From Chrysomallon squamiferum (taxonomy: Eukaryota; Animalia; Mollusca), in the NCBI GenBank assembly GCA_012295275.1, contig CM022670.1, positions 20,274,001 through 20,338,000 on the forward strand: a stretch of 64,000 bases of DNA, given 5' to 3'. This document shows positions 29,311-44,633 of this stretch, piece by piece. Within the stretch, counting starts at the first letter, position 1, and every line of letters starts with the position of its first letter. The notes under the pieces are model-generated. The model was not told where the DNA came from, made no database searches, and saw only the letters and a program-made list of their open reading frames with translations. Position numbers and translations under genes: made by a program.

Positions 29311-32300
29311 AAAATAGCATCTCTCAGACACAAACATTTGATTGGACGATTGTTGACACATGATGAGAACAAAAGCATCCCATTGGTTCCACAGAGTACT
29401 TGGAATGCATTGATAACTGTTGCAAGATCACATGAAGAACCATTGAGATATCTAATGCCTGTTGTAATATGAGTGTTTTTAACTGTTGCCTAGATACAGC
29501 TAGACAATGATTTACCAGGAATGTACATTGATGTGTTGGAATTTGCCAGCAGATTCTTGCACTGCCAGAACAAGTGATGTTTTATTTTAACTGTTGTTAT
29601 TGTGCTATAAAAACTGGGATCAACTTAGAGATCAGGAAAAACAGACATAAAAAGTCCAAATACAGTTCTATTGGTGTTCTATAACATTGTTAATAATTAA
29701 GGCAACAGATTTTCACAAGATGTTAAATAAATCAGAAGAATGGATATATTTTATCACATACAGAAAATTGGCCTGGTCTGGAGGTCAAAAAGGGTCATTT
29801 ATGACCATATGACCAAGGTCTAAATATCAGACTAATCTTATTCAATGACCAAGTACTGAACCAGTAAAACAATAAAATTAAACACCTACAAAAGGATAAA
29901 ACATATACTGTATTAAGGTCCATTTAAACATATTTAAATATGACTAAATAACAGATATGAGTTTTAACACATTAGTTGCGTGATGTGTTGCACATTATGT
30001 GCATGGTTCAATGGATCTTGCCTCATCTTTAAGTATGTAGGTTTTTGACTTTAGAATGCTTATCAGAATAGAACTGTATGATTAGAGTTGAGTTAACCAA
30101 GGAAACTAGGCCATTCAGAGTTTAATAACCAAATCATACTCACCATTGCCTTAAGAGATCATTCCCAGAAACTTGGTTATTCAGATGATTCTTTCCTTTT
30201 CATCTTTTTTTTTTTGTTTGTTTCTCTTTTTATTAATGAAAGATCATTTGTATAGTATTTGTACACAGCAGGCCTGTAATATGGTAACCATCATTAGAAT
30301 TCCATAGCTCATGGCATAGCACACCTAAGCTGTTTAAGAATGGAAAAAATATACATCTAGTTTAAAAAGTGTTTTAAATTTACAAAATATAAACATTGTC
30401 AAAGAATCTTTTACTTCCTATTTTTTTTTAAAACAAAGACTGATCAGCCTTTCTCTAAAATTATATATTACTGTTCTTTGTACATCTGTATAGGTATATA
30501 TAAATATATATATATTAAATATACATACATGTATTTATCCACCTTACAAGGCAAAATGTGTATTTAATCTGATGATGGTTATACCTCAAGAAAATTTTAA
30601 AAATCTTTTAAAAGAAAGCTGCTGTACAAATTTCTTGTGACATGGTACATTTTATTTTAGATTTTATTTTTCTGACCATGCCCCGTACTTATAAAACTTT
30701 TGAATCTAGACTGAATATTCAAATGTAACTATATGGTTATCAATGCTTTTTTTTTCGTTTTCGGGGGGTATTTCTTTCTGACTTCAAAAGCTATCGTTAT
30801 ACATTGAATATTGAGTCTAGAAGCTGAAGTTTTGATAACTTTAGGGTCAGGGCTTATGTTTTTAAAACTACCCTCCAGACTACAGACTTGTGCGTCTGAA
30901 CTTAAATTATAGGCTTATCATCAAATTATAGGATATGCTTTGTAAACATTTGTAAAGTTTTAAGCTTTTATTCAAACTGAACATGAACATTTTATATAGA
31001 ATTTGATACCTTCTTCTCAGCCCTTTTGTCCTATTTTGGATTATATTAATATGATAATCATTTTGTTAATCATTTCTTTTTAAAGCAATGTTAATTGATT
31101 CAGATTAGGTGTGTTAACATAATAATGAGAATAAGTCATTCAAAATTAAATTTTAAGACTGCAGAATACAAATTAAAATAAAAGTTTGGATTCTAAATCT
31201 CAGTGCTGTCATGTTTTACAAGTATGGGGTGTTTGTGTTTCAGTTTGTTACTTTTTTATGTGTTGTGTTAATAAGTTGTTTTCTTTGTCCCACCATGCCT
31301 TTGACAATCAGCTTCACTTCACATCCTAACGTAGACATTTTCCATCATTGTTGTCAAGCATGGAAAATATATTTAATTATTTCAAGTCAGACAAACTGAA
31401 TCGAACTCAACGTAATCCAAATAAAATAGTGACGTAAATAATAATTTCACATTAACATTTTAAATTTGGTAGGGTCTTCAAAGCTTTAAAATCTGTTAGA
31501 AATGTTTTTAAGGAATAATGCAATAGTCATAAATGATCTTTATGTAAAATATAATCAAACAGTCATGGTCCCTGACAATCAGATTTGTTCATCTTCAGAA
31601 TTAAATATAACTTATCTCATCTATAAAATCTTAGCAACGAATTTAATAAATTATTTGTAAAAAATCCAGAGCATTGGTACTAGATTAATCATAGACTTAA
31701 TGCCTTGGAATTGTTTTAATAACAAACAAAAAACAAAAACAAAATGGTGTCAATGATCCAGCAGTTTATTATTCATTAATGTTATTTTTTTTATTAATGG
31801 TAGGGTAATGTCATTTGTTTCATATTGTAAATGTCTTGTACAAATTAACTGCAATCGACATTTGTGAAGAACTTTCCCCAATGATTTTATTATCTGCAAG
31901 ATTATTTAATTCTTTAGGACTATCTTAATTCTTTTTTGAGCTATTTTTGGTTTTTATGAAATCCAATAATTACATTTCATTTCTCTTGTTTTAGACCCAT
32001 ATTTTACCCAAACTTGTTTCAAAAGTTAATAGCATTTTTTTTTTTTTAAAGTTATTCACTAGTTCTATGTATTTTTAAGACTAATTAAATTGCTGTTTAC
32101 TCCAAAATTCTTAATATAACAAATTAAAAAAAAATTAATAATAATAAGTAAATAATATAAATAATTATTTTAATTAATTTTAAAAAAAAAAATTTTTTTT
32201 TTTTGTACAATAATTATTTCTATCATTCACAAATTATCCTAAATATTTTACATTTTACACATCAGTTCCTCCTATTTGTTTGTCATGTTATTAGTATATT

Positions 32301-33508
32301 GCCCCCTGTCATTTTGTTTTCAACCTTTATAATTATCACCAGAGATTAAAATAACAGCTTAGAGCATTCCACTTCCAGCATTTCTATGTTCCTCTTTATC
32401 TGTGGTTTTCTTATTGCAATCACATAGATATTTAAATTCTTTGTTTGTTTTTACATACGTCTAAACTATTAAAAAGTCTTTTGAATGAGCCAACTTTGTT
32501 AGAAAATATTTAACAGTTTAAAGATATTTGTCAAATTATTTTTCGTTTAAATGTTTTTGGAAGCCTAAAAAATTTACTTAACAATTATTAACTCTGGATG
32601 TGAAATGACCTTAGAACATTTAAACTGATGGAAAATTTTCAATTCATATTAATATATATTTTTTTTTAACTTGACCTAATCCATATTAATATGTAGACAA
32701 ATATATAGATTTGAGTATTTAATGCAAGGTTGGGTTATGGGTCATCTTTCATAGGCTTACGGTCCTGTGCCATCTTTGTTATATGATGTTTATTATGTGA
32801 TGCAGTGCAAAGGGCTTGTATTGGTCAAGTATATAATTTTACTGAGACTGTTCTAACGTTACTGAACATGGACACTATTTGTGTGTGGTATTACAGTTTT
32901 CTAATCCAGTGTGATAACTCACAAAACATTGTATTATATATATACATACACATAAATCTATATATATATAAATATTATCTTGTATTTCCATCTTAGAAGT
33001 TGTCTTTTATCTTCTTCTTTTTTTTCCCACGTGTGATACATGTATGACGTGAATGTATGACAACATGTTATGTAAATTTATGAATATTAGCCGTACTATC
33101 TAACAGAAAGAAAAAATGCTTCATGTTTGTTTTTTCATCAGACATCACTTATATATGAGACTTTTAATTTTTATTTTCATCTAAACGTAGGAAATAGTTT
33201 TATAATTAAATTTCAATAAAAATTTTAAATACAAAACTAAACTAGTAAAAGTAATTGTATTTTAAGGATTTTATTATTATTATTATTTTTTTATTTTTTT
33301 TTCAAAGGTTTGGAAAATTCTTTTTAAATTAAGATAAACTTTCTGTTAGCATATATAAAAGTGGAAAATTCGTACATTTTCTTGATTATAAATTGATCCA
33401 AAAATATTATATATATTTAAGTATTGTGAAATGGTTTTAAAATAAAATACTGGCAATGAAAATGTTTTCAGTTTTATTTTTACTGTTTTATTTTAATTAC
33501 CAGTTCTG

Positions 33509-33543
<35 letters not shown>

Positions 33544-34926
33544 CTATCATTGTTCTATACTGAAAATTATTAAAATAATTTTTGTCAAATTAAAAATTTA
33601 TGATAATTGCAACAAATTTTTTTTATTGGTTTATCATGTTTTCAATTTATCTCATAACCAATTAATTTTTTAAATATTTTTACTAAGTGCAATATATCAC
33701 TGATTGAAAATTTGCTTTTTTTAGATGCTTTAATCAACTCACTTGGCTTTATTGTTCCTTTTTTGGCTCAGATGAAATGCTCAGATTTCTTTTATTCATT
33801 AGTTTTTAGTTGTCCAGTCAGATATGGTGTATTTCCCATAGTCATTCCAACCAGCCAGTCAAATATAATGTTATACTGTTTATAGGTCAAGCAGTTATGA
33901 CAATGATAACATAAGTATAATTTCTGGGAGGGAATGGAAGAAAAAAGTAGAGATGTATTTCAAAGACAGTTAATTTACCTTTTGGAAGAAAAGAAATTAC
34001 TAATAAATTTGAAATAATGCTTTAGTTAATGTAAATCAATGCTTCTGTGAATTTTTATTTCAATTTTATAATTTGATTTTTTCTATTTTTTAAAGGAAAG
34101 ATGAGACATACTGTTGTATATGGAATACCGAGGTTACATGTTCTAGTATTACAGCTTAGTTCCTTACTTCAGAGAAGTCAAAAATAATAATCAGTGTTTA
34201 AGAATTTAATATTCATTCTACTACATATTTCCAGAATATAGAATTTAATACAAGAAAAAAAAAAAAGTTTTTTTTTTTACTAATAATATTAATCATGAAA
34301 TGTATTTTATATCCCATTTTCATATCACTTTTTTTTCAATGTTTTATCACAATGTATCATCCACACTGTGTATATTTAATGAAAAAAAAAAAAAAAAAAG
34401 ATAAAAAAAGAAATGGAAAATTGTTTGTATTATTCCACATACTATTAAATGTGAAATGACCACAAATTCTGTTTTGGAGTTTGACTAAATCATCCTTCGA
34501 CCTTTCTAATCTTTTGATGCTGACTGTACATTCAACTTCTCTATACTTCATATGATCAGTGTCTATGGGTCATGTGACTGATACATGTGATCATGTGTCA
34601 TATGACTGAGGTTTCTGATTATCTCTCATATGACTGATGTCTGATCATCATGTCTGATTGACATTTGATTATATAACATATAATGATCATGTCATAAGAG
34701 ATATCTATTGTCATTTGTCACATGACATATGACTAATGCACTGGGTCATATAGCATCATTTTGACAATCATAACTGTGAGATACTGTACAGAATTGTTTG
34801 TATGATTCCTGACATGCTTTAACTGTGTGTCACACAGGGAGTGCCTGCTCTCCTCAAGCCATGCTGTGAGGAGAAATCTCAACCTCCATGGCTATTTTAC
34901 AAAGGGTGCCATTTTCCACTTAGTAT

Positions 34927-34975
34927 TGTATAAATAAAGAATATCAACATGTACCATTGTCTTGTTCTTGTTTTA
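34927..34975 (+). terminator. Candidate eya cleavage/polyadenylation site (implies a ~5.6 kb 3' UTR)
   Basis: TGTA (34927-34930), AATAAA (34933-34938) and a downstream GT/T-rich tract ttgtcttgttcttgtttt in canonical order. Other AATAAA hexamers occur earlier, so the assignment is inferred. Confidence 0.5.
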
Positions 34976-36589
34976 TGAGAGAGAGTGTGAGAGAGAGAGA
35001 GAGTGAGAGTGTGTGTGAAATAATTTACATAAGTTCTATATTATGCAGTATGTTGATAGCACCAACAGTTTGTGAAATTTAAGGTAACAAGAACAACAAT
35101 TAAATTAAGGTTTGTACTTTTTTTTATTGTGCTGAAGAAAACTGTTAAGAGAAAAACAACATCACAGCTTGTACACTTTGAACAACAATGGCAACTTTTT
35201 TTTTATTTAAATCTATTTTCATTGCCACAAACTACATTGTTTTTATTCATTAGACTGAGAATAACTAAGTTAAAAAAAAAAAAAAAAAAAAATATATATA
35301 AATTAAAAGATATAACATTTTTGTTCATTATTTTGGAACAAATGCTAAACATTCAATAAAAATTATATTTTATAAAGAGTCTTTTTACAAGTTAAAAAAT
35401 TATTTGTAACTGGCCTGCAGTAACAAACAAAACAAAAAATAACAATTTAAAAAAAAGATTAATTAAAACCAACAAAAAAAGAAATTTAATGTAGTTTTAT
35501 CATTTCTTTCTGTTAATTTATTATATATAAACACTTCTATAGACAGAATAAATAAAAAAAAAAAATAATGAAAATGAAATATCTTGAACAAATGTATTTT
35601 AAAATGAGAAAACAAAAATAAATATAAAATAAACAATCTTAGAAAATAATGGAGACAGGAGACTTTTTTTTCTTCTTTTATTTAATACATATTATGCTTT
35701 AATTTATAGTTTTGTTATTAATCTATTTAACATCCTGTTTTATCATTTATATATTTTTTTTACTGTAACTGATATAATTATTTAACAAGTAGAATTATGA
35801 TAAATCTGTTAAATATGCTTCAATATTCATTATAAATCTCTAAAAATTGAGAAAATGTAAAAGTAACTGAATAAAATCACCATTTGTTTTTCCTTTTTTC
35901 CTTCTAAGTACATGATCCACAGTAGGTATTAATAAGCAAACAAAAACAAATAAATAAATAATTCAGTAATAAGAAGATGAATAATTAACAGGAAAGAAAG
36001 GGAAAAAAACTTTCAACTAAAATCATTTAGATAATAATATTTAATTTTTATGGAAATTAGATGGAACTGGATTCACTGACGATGTCATTAAAAAAGTCAA
36101 TAATAAAAATAAAAAATGTTTTGTTTTCAGTTTCAAAACCAGAAATTTTATATACATTATTAAAAAATTTTGAAAATCATGGTTAAAACTTAATGATTCT
36201 TTTATTATAAAAAAAAAGATTGGGTAAAAATAAAAAATCTAAAAGACTGACTTTGGGAGACTTTAAAAATGTTATTTATGAATCTTAATACAGAGAGTGT
36301 GTTTGTCTGTGTGTTTGTATGGGGGTGTCTAGGTATATGAGAGATATGAAATACATATGTGTGTGTATGTGTGTGTGTGTGTGTATATATAAGGTCTGCC
36401 AAAGCATGTTTATGAGCAAAAAAAAACTAGAATGGAAATGATGTTTTTTACTTACCAGTACAGTTCTATTGATCTAGATATAAACATTTATCTCAACAGA
36501 TGTATGTGAATTTAGAATAAATTTATTTCCACATTTAATATATTATGTTTCATATGCAATTTGAAAAACAGATAATTAATTTTATAACT

Positions 36590-36622
<33 letters not shown>

Positions 36623-37037
36623 TCATAAATATAATAAAGAGAATTTAATTATTCTCAAGATCAAATCTTCTGCACAGAAATAAAACAGAAACATTTTCAA
36701 CTAAAATCTCATTATGACCAAAATTAACGAAATTAACTTAAACAAAATATTTAATATTTTCAAGGTTATTTGCAACATTAGAAAAGTTCATTTTTAGATT
36801 GAAAGCAATTTATTACAAATGTTTAAGAAAATAAATGGACAAAAATGTAATACTTATTTCTTATATCTATAGAAACTAATGCAATAATAAAAACAGTTGT
36901 AAAATTAAAACATTAAATAAATAAATAAAAACTAAAGTAAAAATATATTATGTTTTAAAATATTCTCACGGTTATCCCTTAAAGATTATAAAACAATTAA
37001 ACTGAACATGTAAATCTTAAGTTTATGAAAAAAAGAC

Positions 37038-37038
<1 letters not shown>

Positions 37039-37083
<45 letters not shown>

Positions 37084-37097
37084 ATAATACATAATAC

Positions 37098-37128
<31 letters not shown>

Positions 37129-37260
37129 ATAATAATAAAATAATAATAATAAATAATAATAATACATAATAAAAGTAATAAATAATAACATTAATAAAAG
37201 TAATAATATTATAAAAATAATAATAATTATAATAATTAAAATAACAACAACATTAATAAA
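37039..37260. repeat. (AAT)n compound microsatellite
   Basis: Long AAT-based tract. Similar tracts lie at about 4917-4960, 58727-58805, 61705-61745 and 63280-63370. Confidence 0.9.
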
Positions 37261-37763
37261 TAACGACGACAATATGTAATAACCTTAAATAAAATAAATA
37301 AACAGTTAAATAAAATTTAATAAGTTTTTCCTTCCATAACATCAATAGAAATTAAAATTTCAGAATTCTACATCCAAAACTCTTTAACCAAGAAGAAGAA
37401 AAAAAAAAAAAAAAACTGAAATTTTTTCCAATTTGTCTTCCTACTGCGAAACATATCAAACTTGTATCAGCGACATTGCAGCAGTTGTTTGTATAAACAG
37501 AGGCCAAGGGAAGTCTATTATTGTCAGATTAAGACTGGTGTTTGTCAAATATTGATAGAAATCAAGGGGAGCAGGGATGGGAAGGGCAAGCACACAGGGT
37601 GATGTGTGCTGATAAAGTACACTGGTCTCAGTGAATAAATAAAATAAAAGGGCGGAGGCCTGATTTTATCACACTGATGGCAACATGTCGGAAAATATTT
37701 CTTTGAGTTTTGAGAAACAGGTCAGGACATTAACTGATAAAAATGTTGTTTTATATGTCTGTC

Positions 37764-37767
<4 letters not shown>

Positions 37768-37817
<50 letters not shown>

Positions 37818-37832
37818 TGTGTGTGTGAGTGT
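37768..37832. repeat. (TG)n microsatellite, intergenic
   Basis: TG run with two GA interruptions. Confidence 0.9.
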
Positions 37833-40264
37833 AGGGGTGCATGTGTATGTATGCATATGTGTGTTTACATTTGTGTAGGATTAAATGCATTTGAGTGCTT
37901 GTAGGTGGATTTATGTCTGTTTTTTGCTGTGAGTCTATGTGTCTGGATTTAGAGTTCTATGGACAAATAAAATAAATTTCTCATTTATCTTTATAGGGTT
38001 GGGTTTTTTTCTGAATATCCATTCTGAAAAAAAAAAAAGGATCATGTAATTTTAAAACAATTAATCTGTCTTTGAAATCCTTTTCCTATGTAATTTATTG
38101 ATCCTACAGTTATTTGATTTTCTTTTCAACACCTTTATATGCCACATTTCAATTTAATTTGAATACTGTAGTGTAAAATTCACACTGTTTGTGTTACTTT
38201 ATGCATAATATTTCAATTAACTAGTGAATTTCCCATAAAACTGAAATAAATTGGAATGTTCAGAAGCATGTTATTTCAATACATCTTTCAAATATTGTGA
38301 AGTCAGTGTTTCTGTTTGTGAAAAAAAAAAAAAAAAATTCTGTTTTTGTACCAAAAGCTTAGATCAGGTTAATTGGTATTACAAAGAAGAAGAAACCCAA
38401 AGGTAAAAAACTTGAAAGATTTTTCAAATGGTAAACTTTGGTATTTGCTTTAAATGCAGTTTTAACATAATTTACAATAAGTTTGTCTGAATGTTCATAT
38501 CAGTAATAATAATAATAATAAGTAATAATAATAATAATAATAATAAGTATAATAATATGATAATTAAGAAAGTAGGTCAAGAAAATAAATAACATTTTTG
38601 CTTTTCCTAAAAAAAAATTCCTGTTACAAGATCCCAAATAAATATAAAAAATAACAAAAACATTACCCAAATCTGTGTAAATTGTGACTGATGTACCAAG
38701 TTAATCAGAAATTATGGCAATACTATTCAGTTTCAAACAAAAGTCATCAGATAGAAACATGATCTACATATGTAGATTCTGTGTATTTTTAATAGTCCAT
38801 TCTGCCTAATAGTAACAGGAATAAAGGGCAAAAAGAAGAAGAAAATTATATAAATAAGAAATATCTTTAGAACACACCCTTCGACACAGCTCACACATTT
38901 TTTTCTATACAAAACAGAAAACTGATTGTATTAAATAAATTTTAAAATACATATGCATTTTTATAGTTGCAGAAAGTACTAAAGTTATGAATTTATTTAT
39001 TTGAATTAATTTCAATGCTTATCAGTTTATTTTATAACAATAACTGTTCGATTCTGTTGCATACACTAACATCAACACTGCTAAAAAAAAACACACAAAA
39101 TACTAAAAAAAACAACAACGAAAAAACATAATACTTTCATTTTGGTAAAGCATTACTTTTAAATGGCTCTACAACATTTTCGGCATTTCTCACCAATGTC
39201 TGACTACAGTGCATTTTTACCAGTTTATTAATGGGAACAGCAAGTGCTGCTTGGCACACCACTACTTACAGGATGGGGTGATGACTACCACGCAGTGTTG
39301 ACAGAACTGATGACTATGATGTGATAATGACTGCTGTGAGATGAAAATAAGTATATTTACAGGTAAACACTGGCACGGATGAGTGTAACTTGCTGATGGC
39401 TATGAATATCGTGTGAACTCAAAAAAACTAAACGCATATGTACAAAATAATGCAATGTTTTCTTTTGATGGAATGTGTGAGAGAGAAGGAAAAAAAAAAA
39501 AAAAAAGAATTTGTGATTGCTAAAAGTCAAAAAAATGTTATTTACACAGTATGGTTATTTAAAAACACATCTGCAAGAATTGTAGAAATATTTGAGAAAT
39601 GAAAAAGTTTGAAAGTAAATAAAGTAAAATTTTTGTTTTCCAAAACTGATAAATAAATAAATACCATTAAAAAAAAAAAAAAAAAAAATAATGAAATAAG
39701 CAGAGACAAATAAAATTACATTTGATCTAATATAAAAAATTATATATAAACAGAAACAAATTTTAAATATATTGCATGTGACTAAAGATTGTAAGAGAAA
39801 TAGTATTCATTATAATTCATTATGATAAAAAAATAAATAATTGAAAAATAATACGTCTTTTGACTTGGATATTATCTGTGTGTATGTTTTTTGTAAATGT
39901 GACCATTTCTCTGAATGTACAAACATGAGTGTAAATGTATTTTGCATGTGCATATGCATGTATGCGTGTATGTGATGTATACTTTGGAATCTCAGGATCA
40001 GACTAATAATTTTTGAAAATAAAATCTTTAAAGAAGAAAATGTATGTTTTTTTTCACAAGAAAACCTACTAACATATTTTTATATTGTACTGAGTAGCAA
40101 TATATCTCTATTTTTTCACATTAACATATGTTGTAAGTGCAGTATTTAACAATATTCTATCTTAAACTTGCAGTATGTGCAAATACTGTATTATAATATT
40201 GCAGAGTGTACTTAAATATTTTAAATCTGTCAAATTATACATAAACTAATACTAAGCATAATAC

Positions 40265-40760
40265 CGATATTATACAATAGAATTACAGTGTAACTATATA
40301 ATTATCTACATGATACATTAAAACTGCATTATCTAACTGTATTAATGCATATATCTACAACATTATACAATAAAACTGCATGTGTAACTCTTTAATATAT
40401 ACATTATGCAATAAAATTCTGGTTTAACATATGTATATTGTACAATAAAACTGCAGTGTATATAACCTGTAATACCTACATTATACAATAAAACTTTATA
40501 ACTATTTATATTTACATTATACAGCAAAATCTCATTGTACATCTATTGTAAAATTTACATTATACAATAAAATTGCAGCATATCTACATTATACAATAAA
40601 ACTGCAGTGTGCAGCTCTACATAATATTAAAATACGCAATAAAATCTCACTGTGCAACTTGCAGTATTTATATCATACAATAAAATTTTACTATTGCAAA
40701 TTTTACATTATACAATAAAATTTCACTTTTGCTAAATTTACCTTATAGAATAACATTTCA
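40265..40760. repeat. Degenerate ~30-45 bp tandem repeat with core acattatacaataaaa (about 13 copies)
   Basis: Core visible repeatedly; nine copies keep an exact caataaaa. Confidence 0.85.
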
Positions 40761-42526
40761 CAGTGAAATATTGTGTGATATCAAAATTGCACCATGAATC
40801 TGTTATGTAATATTTGTAATATATTTATTATATTACACAATTGCATTGTACTACTCTATATGTAATATATGTATGTATAGTGTTGTACAGTAAAATGCCT
40901 GTCTGTATAATAATATTAATATCTAATACTAATCAACAGTTTGATAAACATTTTCATTAATTAACAGCAATCAAGCAATATTACAAGAATGTGTCAACAA
41001 TAACAAATAAATTTTAAATTGCTAGGGTAATGTTAAAATTATATATATACAGTCATTATTTTATATACATTGCATGTTAATCTCATGTATATTAAGGTCA
41101 AATTAATTTATACATATGGAATGTTTTACAAACAACAATAATAATAATAACAAAATGAATAAATAAAAATAATTGTTCATATCCTTTTGATTTGATTCAT
41201 ATATTCACAAATAAAATAAAAAATAAATAAATAAAAGTTTAAAAATGACTTTCAAATTACTAAATAGAATATAACCTTATATATAACAGTTTAGCAAACA
41301 AAAACACAGAATCTAATATACATTATATATATATAATATTAATTTGCATTACTTTAAAAAATAAATATCAAAAAGGCAAAACAACAAAATAAAAAAGGAA
41401 TCAAATTTAATTATTTTACCTGAAATAATAACAGCAACATTAAAAATTAATATGCAAACTGGTTATTGGTCACTTAAAAGGAAACTGATTTATTTTAAGT
41501 GTATGTGTCTTTTGAATTATATATTGTCTGTGCCTTTATTTGAGATATATAAAATAACTTGCATATAGCAATGATAAACAGTGAAACACCATTTGTCAGC
41601 TAAACTATCTAATACAAATTAAAACATGCCAGTATTATTTTTATTATTTTTAATTATTTTTATTTTTTGAGCTTTTAATTTTTTAATTTTTATTTTGAAA
41701 TTAAATTTTCATATTAATTAAAAATATATTTTATGCATAAATAAGAATTATATTTTTTTTTAAGAATATTTATTGGCAAAACATTAGGCTAATTTTGGAG
41801 GAAAAAAAATGATTTAGTTTGTCAGTTTTGATTTAATTAAATGAACAAAGGAACAAATAAACAAATAAATAAAATAGAATATTAATAGAAAATAATTTAA
41901 AAATTGGACCTTAAAACAGTATTTAATTGGATTATTTGGCATTTAATTCTTGAAATAAATCTAAGTGACATCTTTCACCTTCTTTTCATTAATATGTATC
42001 TTTATTTCAGCTGTCAGTAATGTTTTTCATATCTTAGTTTTATTTAACTTTCTCAGTCAACCTGGCTTCTGTAACTGCTGTCAAATATTACTGGTAAGAA
42101 ATAAAAGGCCTATTTTTATACATATTGATTTATTACAGGCCTAATTATACATATTTCTAAATTATAATATGACTATATACATAATAATATATTATATATT
42201 TACATTTATTACTTTTCTTCTGTAAGAGGCTTTTGGACATTTATTACTGATTTTATTATAGATCTGCTTTGAGAAATTACTGTTGCCTTTTAAAATGCCT
42301 ATTTTCACAGTTTTCCTTTTTGAAATAACATATTATTTACACATACTGAAGTTTTATTGTAACATGTCAGTATATTGTTACTAATATATTACAGTAGGCC
42401 TCTTATATTATGTAGGCCTTTTATCTATGATAATTGTCTGTCAACTAAGTCCTGAAATATTGCAAATTTTCTGTCCACTATTACTACTGTGTCATAACAG
42501 GCCTGTATCCTCCATGCACTGCTATT

Positions 42527-42707
42527 CTAGGCTCCAAACAGCTTCTTGACGGTGTATCCAGGCATTGAGTAGAAGAAGAGAACAAGGAGAGCAGCCAGCA
42601 AGACAACTATGAGAATCTTCACTATTACCCACTTGTAGTTGTGCCACAGAATGTAGCGAATTGATTTCCACGGGTTCATGAACCACATAAATGAAGAGTC
42701 TGGTCGA
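42527..42707 (-). CDS. otof: Otoferlin-like terminal coding exon, 181 nt, tail-anchor TM helix: [59 protein letters not shown]
   Basis: ttcttctAG acceptor and TAG stop at 42527-42529. Ferlin C-terminal motif RPD.SF.WF.NP.KS, hydrophobic TM segment and otoferlin-type PGY.VKKL.GA end. Confidence 0.96.
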
Positions 42708-42716
42708 CTAGAAGAA

Positions 42717-42751
<35 letters not shown>

Positions 42752-44495
42752 GTAAATATGTATGTGTTTGTGGGTGTCTATATGTATGTATGTATGTATA
42801 TATTGTGTGTGTGTGTATGTGTGTGTGTGTATATATATAAAAACATATAAACACATATATACACACATACATATACACATAGTCTCCCCACACACACAAA
42901 CATACATATATTTATTTAATACACTATTTTTAATACAGAGCAAAATTAAAGTATTATAAAACAGAATATGAATTTTAAAGAATACAAAGAAAAAAAAAAT
43001 GATACACAGATTAAACATTTTAAATGTGTTAAATATTTTTATATAAATGTAAACAGTATTACATGATATTAATCCAATTTAAATTGTTCTTAATATATGT
43101 GTAAAATATATCATATAGGCTATAGTTTATAATATTAAATATATAATTATAGAAAATAGAGGAAAGATTAAAGTTAAATTTTTTTTAAACAAATAAATTC
43201 ACACAAAATGTTAATAATAACAACAACAACAACAACAACAACAATAATAATAATAACAATAACAACAACAATAATGATAATAAAATACTATACAAAAATC
43301 TCATTTCAATTAAAAGTCGCTTTTACTTTCTACATCACACAAAAACACACACACATGTACACCTATAATTACACCAAACAGTACAGGTGAGATAAAGTGC
43401 AGTAGGGACTGAAAGAGAGAAGACAAGGGGTAGGGGATGGAAGGGAGATACTACTTAATGACTAATTGCATGTGACAGAGTGATAACAGCAACAAAGCTA
43501 CACATTGCCTGACTCATAAGTTCATAATGCTAAGTTCAGGTGTGAAAAAAATAAAATAAAAAAAATCTAAATTCATTGAGGATATTTAATGTTAAATGGC
43601 ATGCTAGGAATCCCCTGCCATCATGGCCATGTTACTTGCGACTGTATCTCATTATTTCCTTCCACATCGATGCCATGATAGCAGATTAATAGACAACGTC
43701 GTGGATATTAAAAGGATTTACTTGTTCATTGTTGGTGAATCAATGCATACAATAATCAGTGCTGGAGTCTGTGACAGCTCAGCCCAGTCAGTAGATCCCA
43801 TAATCCCATACCTTTATCCAGCACTTACGTGAACCACTGAACGAGGCCCTTCATGGGATAATGCTGTCATATCCCTAATACCAGTGCCATTATTTCAGCA
43901 ATGGAGTGAAAAGAATGAAGTGTTTTGGGTATTGACAGTAGGAGGAGGGGGTTGATAAACTGTTTGGTATAGTACAATTTTTTGAATGAGGCCTTTTATG
44001 GGTTACAGAAATTGTTTTAAAAAGTTATAAAAAGGTAAATTTAAAAAATGAGTTCTGTTATAGGATTATGAGTGTACATATATAAAAAGAAACCAGAGAA
44101 ACAAACACACAGGCACATACATTCAGTATATACTACTTACATACACATTCATGTAATAGGTACATCCATTCACAGATTCACACAAATAAGTACTTACACA
44201 TACAAACACATATTATACAAACACAGATAACAAATACACAAAAACATACACAAATATATACAAACACACAAATTTATATATTCACACCTGTCCAAATATC
44301 AATTTTATTATCATAAATTTTAAATCTATTACCTCTTTAGGGCCCACACAGATAGAAAAATTAGATGTGATCTTTATTTGTAGATATTTTCTGCTGCCAC
44401 CTTTTAACCTTTAAACATTAATCAAGAATTTTTTTTTTTCACTCTCCACAACAAAAAAGTTTTTTTTAAGCTTGTTTTCATTTTTCATTTTTTTT

Positions 44496-44633
<138 letters not shown>

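Noticed and set aside
42708-43018. N-terminal 103 aa of ORF 42527-43018
   Set aside because: Intronic microsatellite read-through. Real coding starts at the acceptor at 42707.
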